Below the pieces are notes generated by a model, which saw only the letters and a program-made list of their open reading frames with translations, searched no databases and was not told the DNA's origin. This document shows positions 1-9,640 of a stretch of 64,000 bases of DNA, piece by piece. The DNA is from an uncultured Pelagibacteraceae bacterium (lineage in GTDB: Bacteria; Pseudomonadota; Alphaproteobacteria; Pelagibacterales; Pelagibacteraceae), in assembly GCA_902585045.1 (NCBI GenBank), contig CACICB010000005.1, positions 317-64,316 of the forward strand, in the 5' to 3' direction. The position numbers and the translations under genes were made by a program. Every line of letters begins with the position of its first letter. The first letter of the stretch is position 1.

Positions 1-731
1 ACCCCTACGAAAATTCTATATATTATAATTAAATTAAAATTAAATTTTTGAATATATTTTAAAAAAAACTTTATTGTAAAAAACGAGAATAAAAAAGATA
101 AAAATATAGACGACAAATTTATCAATGAAAAATTGATGTCGTCTCTAGCAATAGTATTGCTAATGCCATAAAAAGATACGGCTGATAAAGTAGGGATTGA
201 AAGTAAAAAAGAAATCTTGGCTGAGTCAAATCTTTTAAAATTAAGTAACCTTGCAGCTGTGATAGTTATACCAGATCTACTGACACCAGGTATAAGGGAA
301 ATAGCCTGAAAAAAACCAATTATGATTGCTGCTTTAAAATCAAAATCTGTCTTAATTTTCTTTTCTAATTTGAACTTGTCACTTATATATAACAAAATTC
401 CAAAAACTAAAGTCATCCAAGCAATAGTTTTTATATTTCTTAGTTCAACTATAAAATTAGTTTGAACTAAAATAAACCCAATCAATATTACGGGTATAGA
501 AGATATTATTATTTTTATGAATAATTCTCTATTTTCAACAAAGTTTAATATATCTTTATAAAAATACGTTAAAACAGCTATAAAAGAGCCTATGTGCAAA
601 CTTACATCAATTGATAGACTTTGGTTTTCAAAATTGATGAATTTTGAAATTATAATTAAATGAGAAGAAGAACTAACAGGTAAAAATTCAGTAATTCCTT
701 GAACTAAAGACAGAATCAATATTTCAATCAT
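1..731 (-). CDS. uppP: Undecaprenyl-diphosphate phosphatase (3' end runs off window)
   Basis: Not in ORF track; minus strand from ATG at 731 reads MIEILILSLVQGITEFLPVSSSSHL, the BacA/UppP signature; later IPGVSRSGITI motif. Confidence 0.93.
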   Translation of the reverse strand, partial: MIEILILSLVQGITEFLPVSSSSHLIIISKFINFENQSLSIDVSLHIGSFIAVLTYFYKDILNFVENRELFIKIIISSIPVILIGFILVQTNFIVELRNIKTIAWMTLVFGILLYISDKFKLEKKIKTDFDFKAAIIIGFFQAISLIPGVSRSGITITAARLLNFKRFDSAKISFLLSIPTLSAVSFYGISNTIARDDINFSLINLSSIFLSFLFSFFTIKFFLKYIQKFNFNLIIIYRIFVG

Positions 732-780
732 TCAATAAAAACTAAAACTGAAGGATGTTTTTTTAATGTCATTACAAAAC

Positions 781-806
781 GCATATCAGTTATGCAAATA
801 ACTGAT
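781..806. promoter_or_regulatory. Nested inverted repeats, candidate operator in uppP/gltD divergent region
   Basis: ATCAGTTAT-GCAA-ATAACTGAT (785-806) overlapping GCATA-TCAGT-TATGC (781-795). Confidence 0.45.
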
Positions 807-896
807 CAAAAAACAAAGGTTTTTTTTAATATAGGTAATTGATATTGACCTTTTATTTGTGTAAATTTTCATAATATTTAACTATTTTGACGACCT

Positions 897-2342
897 ATGA
901 AAAACAAAATGCTTAGATTTGTTGACGTTGAACAAGAGACTCCAATTAAAAGAGGCACTAAAATTCGAAAAGATGATTTTAACGAAATTTATAATGAATA
1001 CATTACTGATAAGGCTAAAGAGCAATCAAGTAGGTGTTCTCAATGTGGGGTTCCCTTTTGTCAAATACACTGCCCATTAAGTAACAACATTCCTGATTGG
1101 TTAAAGCTAACAGCTGAAGGAAGACTAAAAGAAGCTTATGAAATTTCTCAAAGTACAAACAATATGCCAGAAGTGTGTGGTAGAATTTGTCCTCAAGATA
1201 GGCTTTGTGAGGGAAATTGTGTTATCGAGCAATCTGGGCATGGGACAGTTACAATAGGTTCAGTAGAAAAATATATAAGTGATACAGCTTGGGAAAAGGG
1301 TTGGGTTAAACCAATTAAGGTTAAAAAAGAACTCAAGCAATCAGTTGGTATAATTGGAGCTGGTCCTGCGGGTATGGCTTGCGCAGAGGAACTTCGAAAA
1401 TCAGGTTATCAAGTAACAATTTATGACAGGTATGATAGACCAGGCGGGCTTCTAATTTATGGAATTCCAAATTTTAAACTCGAGAAGTTTGTTGTCGAGA
1501 GAAGAACAAAACTTTTAAAAGAAAGTGGAATAAAATTTGTTCAAAACTTCGAAGTTGGTAAAGATAAAACTTTATATGAACTTAAAAATAAACATGATGC
1601 AATTTTGATTGCAACAGGCGTTTATAAGGCCAGAGAAATAGATATTCCAGGACATGAGTTAAAAAATATATTTCCTGCTATGGAATTTCTAACTGCATCA
1701 AATAAAAAGGGTTTAGGAGATAAAGTTAAACTTTTTGATGATGGTACTTTAAATGCCGAAGGAAAAGATGTTGTAGTGATTGGTGGGGGAGATACAGCGA
1801 TGGACTGTGTTAGAACATCAATAAGGCAAAAAGCAAAGTCAGTAAAGTGTCTGTATCGAAGAGATAGAGAGAATATGCCTGGTTCTGCAAGGGAAGTTGG
1901 AAATGCAATAGAAGAAGGTGTTGAATTTATTTGGCTTACTAGTCCAAAAAGTTTTATTGGAGACTCTAAAGTTGAGTCTGTAGAAGTTAACAAAATGAAA
2001 TTAGGTGATCCTGACTCTTCAGGAAGAAGACGTCCTGTGATTGAAATAGGATCAGAATATAAAATTAAAGCAGATCTAGTTATTAAATCATTAGGGTTTG
2101 ATCCAGAAAATCTACCAAAACTATTTGGTGCAAAAGAATTAGCAATTTCTCAGTGGGGCACAATAAAAATTAATTTAAAGTCTATGCAAACAAATTTAGA
2201 TGGAGTGTTTGCTGCAGGCGATATTGTCAGAGGAGCTTCATTAGTTGTCTGGGCAATTAGAGATGGCAGAGATGCTGCTGTAGAAATTGAGAAATATTTA
2301 CAATTAAAAGCTATTAAAAGTAAATCTGAAGAAGCAGCTTAA
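897..2342 (+). CDS. gltD: Glutamate synthase small subunit
   Basis: CSQCGVPFCQIHCP and CGRICPQDRLCEGNC Fe-S motifs, GAGPAG and GGGDTAMD nucleotide-binding motifs. Confidence 0.97.
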   Translation: MKNKMLRFVDVEQETPIKRGTKIRKDDFNEIYNEYITDKAKEQSSRCSQCGVPFCQIHCPLSNNIPDWLKLTAEGRLKEAYEISQSTNNMPEVCGRICPQDRLCEGNCVIEQSGHGTVTIGSVEKYISDTAWEKGWVKPIKVKKELKQSVGIIGAGPAGMACAEELRKSGYQVTIYDRYDRPGGLLIYGIPNFKLEKFVVERRTKLLKESGIKFVQNFEVGKDKTLYELKNKHDAILIATGVYKAREIDIPGHELKNIFPAMEFLTASNKKGLGDKVKLFDDGTLNAEGKDVVVIGGGDTAMDCVRTSIRQKAKSVKCLYRRDRENMPGSAREVGNAIEEGVEFIWLTSPKSFIGDSKVESVEVNKMKLGDPDSSGRRRPVIEIGSEYKIKADLVIKSLGFDPENLPKLFGAKELAISQWGTIKINLKSMQTNLDGVFAAGDIVRGASLVVWAIRDGRDAAVEIEKYLQLKAIKSKSEEAA

Positions 2343-2343
2343 A

Positions 2344-5300
2344 ATGCATAATTATAAAAAAAATAAATCTCTGTTGGAAAAAACTTATAATTATAAATCT
2401 GACATGGAGCATGAAGCGTGTGGAGTAGGTTTAATCGCTTCAACAAATGGTAAGAAAACTAGAAAAGTAGTTGAATATGGAATTGAGGCTCTGAAAGCTA
2501 TTTGGCATAGAGGTGCAGTAGATGCTGATGGCAAATCTGGAGACGGCGCAGGTATACAAATTGAGATCGCTCCGGACTTTTTTAAAGAAAAAATTTTATC
2601 AACTGGTCATACCCCAGACGATAATAGTAGGATTTGTGTTGGAATGGTGTTTCTCCCAAGAACAGATTATTCAGAGCAAGAAAAATGCAGAGAAATAATA
2701 GAGTCAGCATTATTAGATGGAAATTACTATATCTACGGATGGAGACAAGTTCCTATAAATCCAAGTGTTTTAGGAAAAACTGCAGATCAGAGCCGACCAG
2801 AAATAGCTCAAGTAATGTTTAAAAAAAATGAAAATTTAGGGACAAATGACCTTGAGAGAGATCTTTTCGAAACAAGAAAAAAAATTGAGAAAGTTGCCAG
2901 AGAAAGTCAGTTAAAAGAATTTTATATTTGCTCATTTAGTTCAAGATCAATTGTATATAAAGGAATGTTTTTAGCTGAAATGTTATCAGAATTTTATCCT
3001 GATCTTAATGATGAAAAGCTTACCTCAAGGTTTGCAGTATTTCATCAAAGATACTCTACAAACACTTTTCCTAGCTGGGATTTAGCACAACCCTTTAGGA
3101 CACTAGCACATAATGGTGAAATAAATACTCTTAAAGGAAATATAAATTGGATGAAAATACACGAGCAAGACATGTCTAGCTCTTTATTTAAAAATGTAAA
3201 AGATCTTAAGCCAGTAATTAGAAGCTCATCCGACTCTGGAGCACTTGATAATGTATTTGAACTATTAGTACATTCAGGAAAACTAGCTCCATTAATTAAA
3301 TTAATGATGATCCCAGACGCATGGTCTAAAAGAAGTAAAACAGTTCCAAAAAACCATCAAGATCTATTTAATTTTTTAAATAGCACTATTGAACCATGGG
3401 ACGGTCCGGCAGCTATTTGCGCAACAGATGCTAAATGGGTTTTGGCTTCCTCAGATAGAAATGGACTAAGACCGTTAAGATATACATTAACCTCAGATGA
3501 TCTATTTTTTGCGGGTTCAGAAACTGGTATGATCAAAATTCCTGAAGAAAAGATTATTGAAAAAGGAAAATTGGGACCAGGCCAAATTATTGCGATAGAT
3601 TTAAAAAAAGGAAAATTATTTAAAGATAAGGAAATTAAAGATCTATTAGCAAGAGACTATAAAAAATATAGTAAACAAATTATTGATCTAGAAAAGAAAA
3701 TTTCAGATGATAAAGAAAAACCAAATTTTATAGGCGAAGATTTACGAAAGAGACAGTATTTATCAGGCTTAAGTGTAGAAGATTTAGAATTAATACTACA
3801 CCCAATGGCTGAAGAGGGAAAAGAAGCATCAGGTTCTATGGGGGATGACACACCTGTAGCAGTTCTCTCAAGTCATTTCAGACCCGTTTCTCATTACTTT
3901 AGACAAAACTTTAGTCAAGTCACTAACCCCCCAATTGACTCCCTAAGAGAAAACAAAGTAATGAGTTTGAAAACAAGATTTGGGAATTTAGGAAATATTT
4001 TAGACTTTGATAATCTAACCGAGGAAAATATATATGTTTTAGATAGTCCAATTCTTACAAACTCTCAATTCAAAAAGTTCAAAAAATTTTTTTCTAAAAA
4101 AACTAAAGTAATCGATTGTACATTTGATATAAGTCTATCATTAAAAGATAGAATTGAAAAAATCAGAGAAGAGGCTGAAATTTCGGTCAGAGAGGGAAGT
4201 ACTTGCTTAATCTTATCGGATAAAAATATTACCAATAATAAAGCAAGTATACCAAGTATATTGACGGTTGGAGCTGTTCACTCCCACTTAGTTAAGCATG
4301 GCCTAAGGGGGTATTGCTCATTAAACGTAGAATGCTCTGACGCCTTGGATACACACTCTTTTGCAATTTTAATAGGTGTAGGCGCGACAACAGTAAATCC
4401 TTATCTTGCAATTGACAGTATCTATCAAAGATTTGAAAAAAAATTATTTGGTAAATCTGATTTTGAAAGCTGTGTTGTTAAGTTTAAAAAATCAGTTGAT
4501 GCTGGATTATTGAAGATAATGTCTAAGATGGGAATATCTGTTATAAGTTCCTATAGAGGTGGATGTAATTTTGAAGCTGTTGGCTTAAGCAGAGCTATTG
4601 TATCCGATTATTTTCCAGGGATGTCGTCTAGAATTTCAGGTATTGGTGTAATTGGAATTGAAAAAAAAATTAAAGAACTTCATACAAAATTTAATGCAAA
4701 AAACGTATTCACTTTACCCATTGGCGGTCTATACAGATATAGAAAAAGCGGTGAAGATCACCAATATCAAGGAAGATTAATTCATCTTCTTCAAAGTGCA
4801 GTTGGAAGCGGATCATATGAACAATATAAAAAGTATTCATCAGGTATACATAATCTACCACCAATTAATATTAGAGATTTATTGGAATTTAAAAAACCTA
4901 AAAAAGAGATAAATATAGATGAAGTAGAACCCCTAGAAAATATATTAAAGAGATTTGGAAGTGGGAGCATGTCACACGGAGCTTTGTCAGCAGAAGCACA
5001 TGAGACTTTAGCAATGGGAATGAATAGAATTAAAGGAGCTTCATGTAGTGGTGAGGGAGGTGAGGATGCCAAAAGATTTAAAGTTCTTTCTAATGGTGAC
5101 AGCGCAAATTCAAGAGTAAAACAAATCGCTTCAGCAAGATTTGGCGTGACTGTAGACTATTTAAATAATGCAAATGAAATAGAGATTAAAATTGCTCAAG
5201 GTGCAAAACCAGGCGAGGGCGGACAGTTACCTGGTTTTAAAGTAACAGATGAAATAGCTAGACTAAGACATTCTACTCCAGGTGTGACTTTAATTTCTCC

Positions 5301-6840
5301 TCCTCCACATCATGATATTTACTCAATTGAGGATCTGGCTCAATTAATTTACGACTTAAAGCAAATTAATCCTAAAGCACGTGTAGGTGTTAAACTAGTT
5401 GCATCTACTGGAATTGGAACTATTGCAGCGGGAGTTGCAAAAGCAAAAGCAGATATAATTTTAATTTCTGGTCACTCAGGTGGAACAGGTGCAAGTCCTC
5501 AAACTAGCATTAAATATGCTGGAATACCTTGGGAAATGGGCTTAACTGAAGCAAACCAAATTTTAACACTTAATAATTTAAGACATAACGTTACTCTTAG
5601 AACTGATGGAGGATTGAAAACTGGCAGAGATGTTGTGATCGCTGCGATGATGGGCGCCGAAGAATATGGAATGGGAACATCATCTTTAGTTGCCATGGGA
5701 TGTATAATGGTAAGACAATGTCACTCTAATACATGCCCAGTTGGTGTATGTAGCCAAGATGCTTCATTAAGAGAAAAGTTTACTGGGACTCCAGAAAAAG
5801 TAGTAAACTTATTTAGATTTATAGCAACTGAAGTGAGAGAGATTTTAGCTTCTTTAGGATTTAAGTCTATTAATGAAATAATTGGAAGAACAGATTTGTT
5901 ATCTCAAGTAAATAAAGGCGCATCAAATTTAGATGACTTAGATTTAAATCCTTTATTAGTTCAAGCAGATCCAGGTGAAAATCTAAGATATTGTAAAGAC
6001 AACCACATAAATAAAGTTCCTGAAACTTTAGATGAAAAGATATGGTCTGATATTAAAGATAAGATTAATCCTTCACAAAAAAATAATTTTGAATATGAAA
6101 TTGAAAATACTTCAAGGTCTGTTGGAACAAGACTTTCTCATCACATTTATAAAAAATATGGTAACGAAAAATTGAATGATGAAACTATTAATATTAAACT
6201 AAAGGGGTCTGCTGGCCAGTCTTTGGGAGCATTTCTAGCGAAAGGGATAAGCCTAACTGTAGAAGGTGACTGTAATGATTATGTCGGCAAGGGCCTGTCA
6301 GGCGGTAAAATAATTGTAAGAACCTCTAAAAAAAGCAAATTAATTCCTGAAAATAATACAATTATCGGTAATACGGTTTTATACGGAGCTACATCAGGAA
6401 AACTATATGCATCTGGGCAAGCAGGTGAAAGATTTGCGGTGAGAAATTCTGGAAGTTTCGCTATCGTAGAGGGGTGTGGAGCTCATGGCTGTGAATATAT
6501 GACTGGTGGAAATGCAATTATATTGGGACCGGTAGGAGATAATTTTGGAGCTGGAATGACTGGTGGAATGGCTTTTATTTATGATGAAAAAAACGAGTTC
6601 GAAAATTTCGCTAATCCTGCCTCAATAATCTGGCAACCTGTTGAAACTGATTATTGGAAAAAATTTTTAAAAGACAGTATTAAAGAATTTGAGGATGTAA
6701 CTTTTTCCCAAAAAGCTGACCGAATATTAAAAAATTTTAAAGTTGAATTAAAAAATTTTAAACAAGTTTGCCCAATTGAGATGCTTGATAAATTAGACAA
6801 CCCAATCAGCTTAAAGCCTCACATCAAGAAAGCAGGCTAA
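2344..6840 (+). CDS. gltB: Glutamate synthase large subunit
   Basis: N-terminal CGVG amidotransferase, HQRYSTNT, QGAKPGEGGQLPG, PPPHHDIYSIEDLAQL; 1498 aa. Confidence 0.98.
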   Translation: MHNYKKNKSLLEKTYNYKSDMEHEACGVGLIASTNGKKTRKVVEYGIEALKAIWHRGAVDADGKSGDGAGIQIEIAPDFFKEKILSTGHTPDDNSRICVGMVFLPRTDYSEQEKCREIIESALLDGNYYIYGWRQVPINPSVLGKTADQSRPEIAQVMFKKNENLGTNDLERDLFETRKKIEKVARESQLKEFYICSFSSRSIVYKGMFLAEMLSEFYPDLNDEKLTSRFAVFHQRYSTNTFPSWDLAQPFRTLAHNGEINTLKGNINWMKIHEQDMSSSLFKNVKDLKPVIRSSSDSGALDNVFELLVHSGKLAPLIKLMMIPDAWSKRSKTVPKNHQDLFNFLNSTIEPWDGPAAICATDAKWVLASSDRNGLRPLRYTLTSDDLFFAGSETGMIKIPEEKIIEKGKLGPGQIIAIDLKKGKLFKDKEIKDLLARDYKKYSKQIIDLEKKISDDKEKPNFIGEDLRKRQYLSGLSVEDLELILHPMAEEGKEASGSMGDDTPVAVLSSHFRPVSHYFRQNFSQVTNPPIDSLRENKVMSLKTRFGNLGNILDFDNLTEENIYVLDSPILTNSQFKKFKKFFSKKTKVIDCTFDISLSLKDRIEKIREEAEISVREGSTCLILSDKNITNNKASIPSILTVGAVHSHLVKHGLRGYCSLNVECSDALDTHSFAILIGVGATTVNPYLAIDSIYQRFEKKLFGKSDFESCVVKFKKSVDAGLLKIMSKMGISVISSYRGGCNFEAVGLSRAIVSDYFPGMSSRISGIGVIGIEKKIKELHTKFNAKNVFTLPIGGLYRYRKSGEDHQYQGRLIHLLQSAVGSGSYEQYKKYSSGIHNLPPINIRDLLEFKKPKKEINIDEVEPLENILKRFGSGSMSHGALSAEAHETLAMGMNRIKGASCSGEGGEDAKRFKVLSNGDSANSRVKQIASARFGVTVDYLNNANEIEIKIAQGAKPGEGGQLPGFKVTDEIARLRHSTPGVTLISPPPHHDIYSIEDLAQLIYDLKQINPKARVGVKLVASTGIGTIAAGVAKAKADIILISGHSGGTGASPQTSIKYAGIPWEMGLTEANQILTLNNLRHNVTLRTDGGLKTGRDVVIAAMMGAEEYGMGTSSLVAMGCIMVRQCHSNTCPVGVCSQDASLREKFTGTPEKVVNLFRFIATEVREILASLGFKSINEIIGRTDLLSQVNKGASNLDDLDLNPLLVQADPGENLRYCKDNHINKVPETLDEKIWSDIKDKINPSQKNNFEYEIENTSRSVGTRLSHHIYKKYGNEKLNDETINIKLKGSAGQSLGAFLAKGISLTVEGDCNDYVGKGLSGGKIIVRTSKKSKLIPENNTIIGNTVLYGATSGKLYASGQAGERFAVRNSGSFAIVEGCGAHGCEYMTGGNAIILGPVGDNFGAGMTGGMAFIYDEKNEFENFANPASIIWQPVETDYWKKFLKDSIKEFEDVTFSQKADRILKNFKVELKNFKQVCPIEMLDKLDNPISLKPHIKKAG

Positions 6841-7718
6841 TGAATAAAATTAAAGTCTTTTGCTTTGGTTTTGGCCAGGTTGCAGAGTGTTTTGCAAACA
6901 AGCTTATTAAAGAAAAAAAAGATTTAGATTTAACTGTTACTTCAAGAGATGAAACTCACCAGATAGAATTCAATAATTTAAAGATAACATCATTTTTTTT
7001 TAAAGATGATAAGTTTGATCCCTCATTGAAAAAAAAATTAGAGGAAGCAAATTATATTTTGATTTCTATTCCTCCTATTGATGGCAAAGATATCGTTGCA
7101 AATTATTTTGATACCAATTTAAAAGGTATAAAAAATTGTAGATGGATTACATATCTGTCAGCCACTAGTGTTTATGGAGATCACAAAGGTAATTGGGTGA
7201 ACGAGAAAAGCATTACTAAGCCAACCTCACCAAGCGGTATAAACAGATTAAAAGCAGAAAACAGTTGGATAAGTTTGTCAAAAAAGATTGGTTTACCATT
7301 ACAAATTTTTAGATTAGCAGGAATTTACTCTAATGAATTTAATATATTAAAAAGGTTAAAAAATGGCAGAGTTCAAATAGTTAATAAAAAAGATCATTTT
7401 TTTTCAAGAATTCACCTCGAGGACATAGCCAATGTTTTATTTAAATCTTTAAATAATTTTAAAAGAAATGAGATTTATAACATTTGTGATGACAAACCCA
7501 CTTCGCAAAATGAAGTAGTGGCCTTTGGTACAGAATTACTTAAATTAAAACAATTAAATCCTGTGAAACTTGAGGAGATTGAAAGTGAGATGTTACAGAA
7601 TTTCTATAAAGACTCAAAAAAAGTTGATAACAAAAAAATGAAAAATTTTTTTAATTACAATTTAAAATATCCTACTTATAAAGAGGGATTAAGTTATATT
7701 TTTAACAATAATATCTAA
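6840..7718 (+). CDS. NAD-dependent epimerase/dehydratase (extended SDR) family protein
   Basis: FGFGQVA Rossmann-like start, YLSATSVYGD, FRLAGIY, SRIHLEDIA. Confidence 0.85.
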   Translation: MNKIKVFCFGFGQVAECFANKLIKEKKDLDLTVTSRDETHQIEFNNLKITSFFFKDDKFDPSLKKKLEEANYILISIPPIDGKDIVANYFDTNLKGIKNCRWITYLSATSVYGDHKGNWVNEKSITKPTSPSGINRLKAENSWISLSKKIGLPLQIFRLAGIYSNEFNILKRLKNGRVQIVNKKDHFFSRIHLEDIANVLFKSLNNFKRNEIYNICDDKPTSQNEVVAFGTELLKLKQLNPVKLEEIESEMLQNFYKDSKKVDNKKMKNFFNYNLKYPTYKEGLSYIFNNNI

Positions 7719-8444
7719 TTCCTTAACTATTTTTTTTAAAGGTCTCTTATCAGAGAGACTATGGTCGCCGTTTTTTATGATTAAAATTTTCTTTTTAGCT
7801 TCACTAAACAACTTTAACATATATCTTGAGAAGACAATTGGCACAACTTCATCCTTTTGGCCATGTATCATTGTTACGAATATTCTAGAATTTATTTTTT
7901 TATTTAAAACTTTATTTTTTTTTCCATCTTTAATTAACTGGAGTGATATCGGATACTCGTATCCACCATTTTTAATAATAGTTTTACCAGTTTTGAGTAT
8001 TTCTCTTTTGATTTTTTTCGGAAATTTATTCCACATTAGCCTGGTTAAAAATTCGGGTGCAGAGCCAATTCCAATAAAAGCTTTTATTTGTGTCTTAAAA
8101 TACTTAAACTGATTAAGTGCAATCCAGGCACCCATACTAGAGCCAATTAATATAAAATTTTTTTTTCCGACAATTTTTCTTATTACTTTTTTAGCATCAT
8201 TAGACCAAATACTGATATTTCCTTTTGTAAATATTCCTGAGGATTTACCGTGACCTGAGTATTCTAAAGCTAAAAAACCAATTTTTTTCTTATTTGCAAA
8301 TCTTAAAAGAGTTTGTGGTTTTTTTCCCTCTATATCAGACATAAAACCTGGTAAAAAAATTAAATAAAGTTTTTCTTTTGAGTAATTATCGATATATCTT
8401 AGTTTTTTTGTATTAGAGATTTTCAAAAATTTAAATTTTTTCAT
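7689..8444 (-). CDS. Alpha/beta hydrolase
   Basis: GSSMGAW nucleophile elbow, HGQKDEVV, GDHSLS. Confidence 0.9.
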   Translation of the reverse strand: MKKFKFLKISNTKKLRYIDNYSKEKLYLIFLPGFMSDIEGKKPQTLLRFANKKKIGFLALEYSGHGKSSGIFTKGNISIWSNDAKKVIRKIVGKKNFILIGSSMGAWIALNQFKYFKTQIKAFIGIGSAPEFLTRLMWNKFPKKIKREILKTGKTIIKNGGYEYPISLQLIKDGKKNKVLNKKINSRIFVTMIHGQKDEVVPIVFSRYMLKLFSEAKKKILIIKNGDHSLSDKRPLKKIVKELDIIVKNIT

Positions 8445-8482
8445 ATTAGGACCTGTTAATTTGCTATTATATATTAAAAAAT

Positions 8483-9640
8483 ATGACTACTAAAATAAAT
8501 GTTTTGCAAGTAATTCCGAAACTTGGATACGGAGGAGCTGAAACTGGATGTTATGATATTGCACATTATTTGGCAGAACAAAACTGGGGCTCATACATAG
8601 CTACTTCTGGTGGAGAGTTACTTAAATTTATTAAAAAGAATAAAGTTAAAGTTTTTAAGCTACCGGTACACTCTAAAAATCCTTTAACGATTATTTTGAA
8701 TACGATATTATTAATTTTTTTAATTTTGATTAAAAAAATTGATATTGTTCATGCAAGAAGTAGAGCGCCAGCATGGTCATGTTATTTTGCTTGCTTATTT
8801 ACTAACACAGTATTTGTTACAACATTCCATGGTACATACAACTATAAATCTAAATTTAAAAAATTTTACAATAGCATTATGTTAAGATCAAAACTTACGA
8901 TTGCAGGCTCTAATTTCATTTTTGGACATATCAATGAAAATTACAGTGAATATTTGAATAAACATAAAAAATTGAGAGTAATTTTCAGAGGTATTAATAT
9001 AGACTATTTTAATTCAAAAAATATTTCAATTTTAAAACAAGAAAAATTAAAAAAAGAATGGAGATTAGATCCAAAAAAATTCACAATTTTGATGCCTGGT
9101 AGATTAACATATTGGAAAGGCCAAGAAAAATTTATTGAGGCTTTAAATATTTTAATAGAAGATTTTAATTTTACCAATTTTCACGCAATCTTGCTTGGAT
9201 CTGATCAAGGTAGAAAAGTATATAGTAAGAAACTTTTTAGTTTAGTTGAAAGATATAATTTGTCAAAAAAAGTGAGTTTTATAAACCATTGTGGAGATAT
9301 GCCCTTGGCATATTCTTTAGCAGATGTAGTTGTCTCAGCTTCTACAGAACCTGAGGCCTTTGGAAGAGTTGCAGTCGAGTCTCAATCTATGGGCAAACCA
9401 ATAATTGCTAGTAATATAGGTGGATCAAAAGAGACCGTTCTAAATAAAAAAACTGGGTTTTTATATAAACATGATGATCCAAGAGAACTTGCTAAAAGCT
9501 TAAATACTGTTATTCAATTAAATCAAGAAGAGTTGAAATTAATGGGAAACGAAGGTAGAAAAAACATAGCAAAAAAGTTTGATGTAGAATTGATGTGTGA
9601 TTCAAATTTAAGAGAATATAAAAAATTATTAAAAAATTAA
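8483..9640 (+). CDS. Glycosyltransferase family 4 protein
   Basis: GGAE, HARSRAPAW, EAFGRVAVE (EX7E) motif. Confidence 0.9.
   Translation: MTTKINVLQVIPKLGYGGAETGCYDIAHYLAEQNWGSYIATSGGELLKFIKKNKVKVFKLPVHSKNPLTIILNTILLIFLILIKKIDIVHARSRAPAWSCYFACLFTNTVFVTTFHGTYNYKSKFKKFYNSIMLRSKLTIAGSNFIFGHINENYSEYLNKHKKLRVIFRGINIDYFNSKNISILKQEKLKKEWRLDPKKFTILMPGRLTYWKGQEKFIEALNILIEDFNFTNFHAILLGSDQGRKVYSKKLFSLVERYNLSKKVSFINHCGDMPLAYSLADVVVSASTEPEAFGRVAVESQSMGKPIIASNIGGSKETVLNKKTGFLYKHDDPRELAKSLNTVIQLNQEELKLMGNEGRKNIAKKFDVELMCDSNLREYKKLLKN

Noticed and set aside
889-895. Single GACGACC (reverse of the cassette motif) before gltD; also GGTCGCCG near 7763
   Set aside because: Isolated single copies without tandem spacing or tRNA context.
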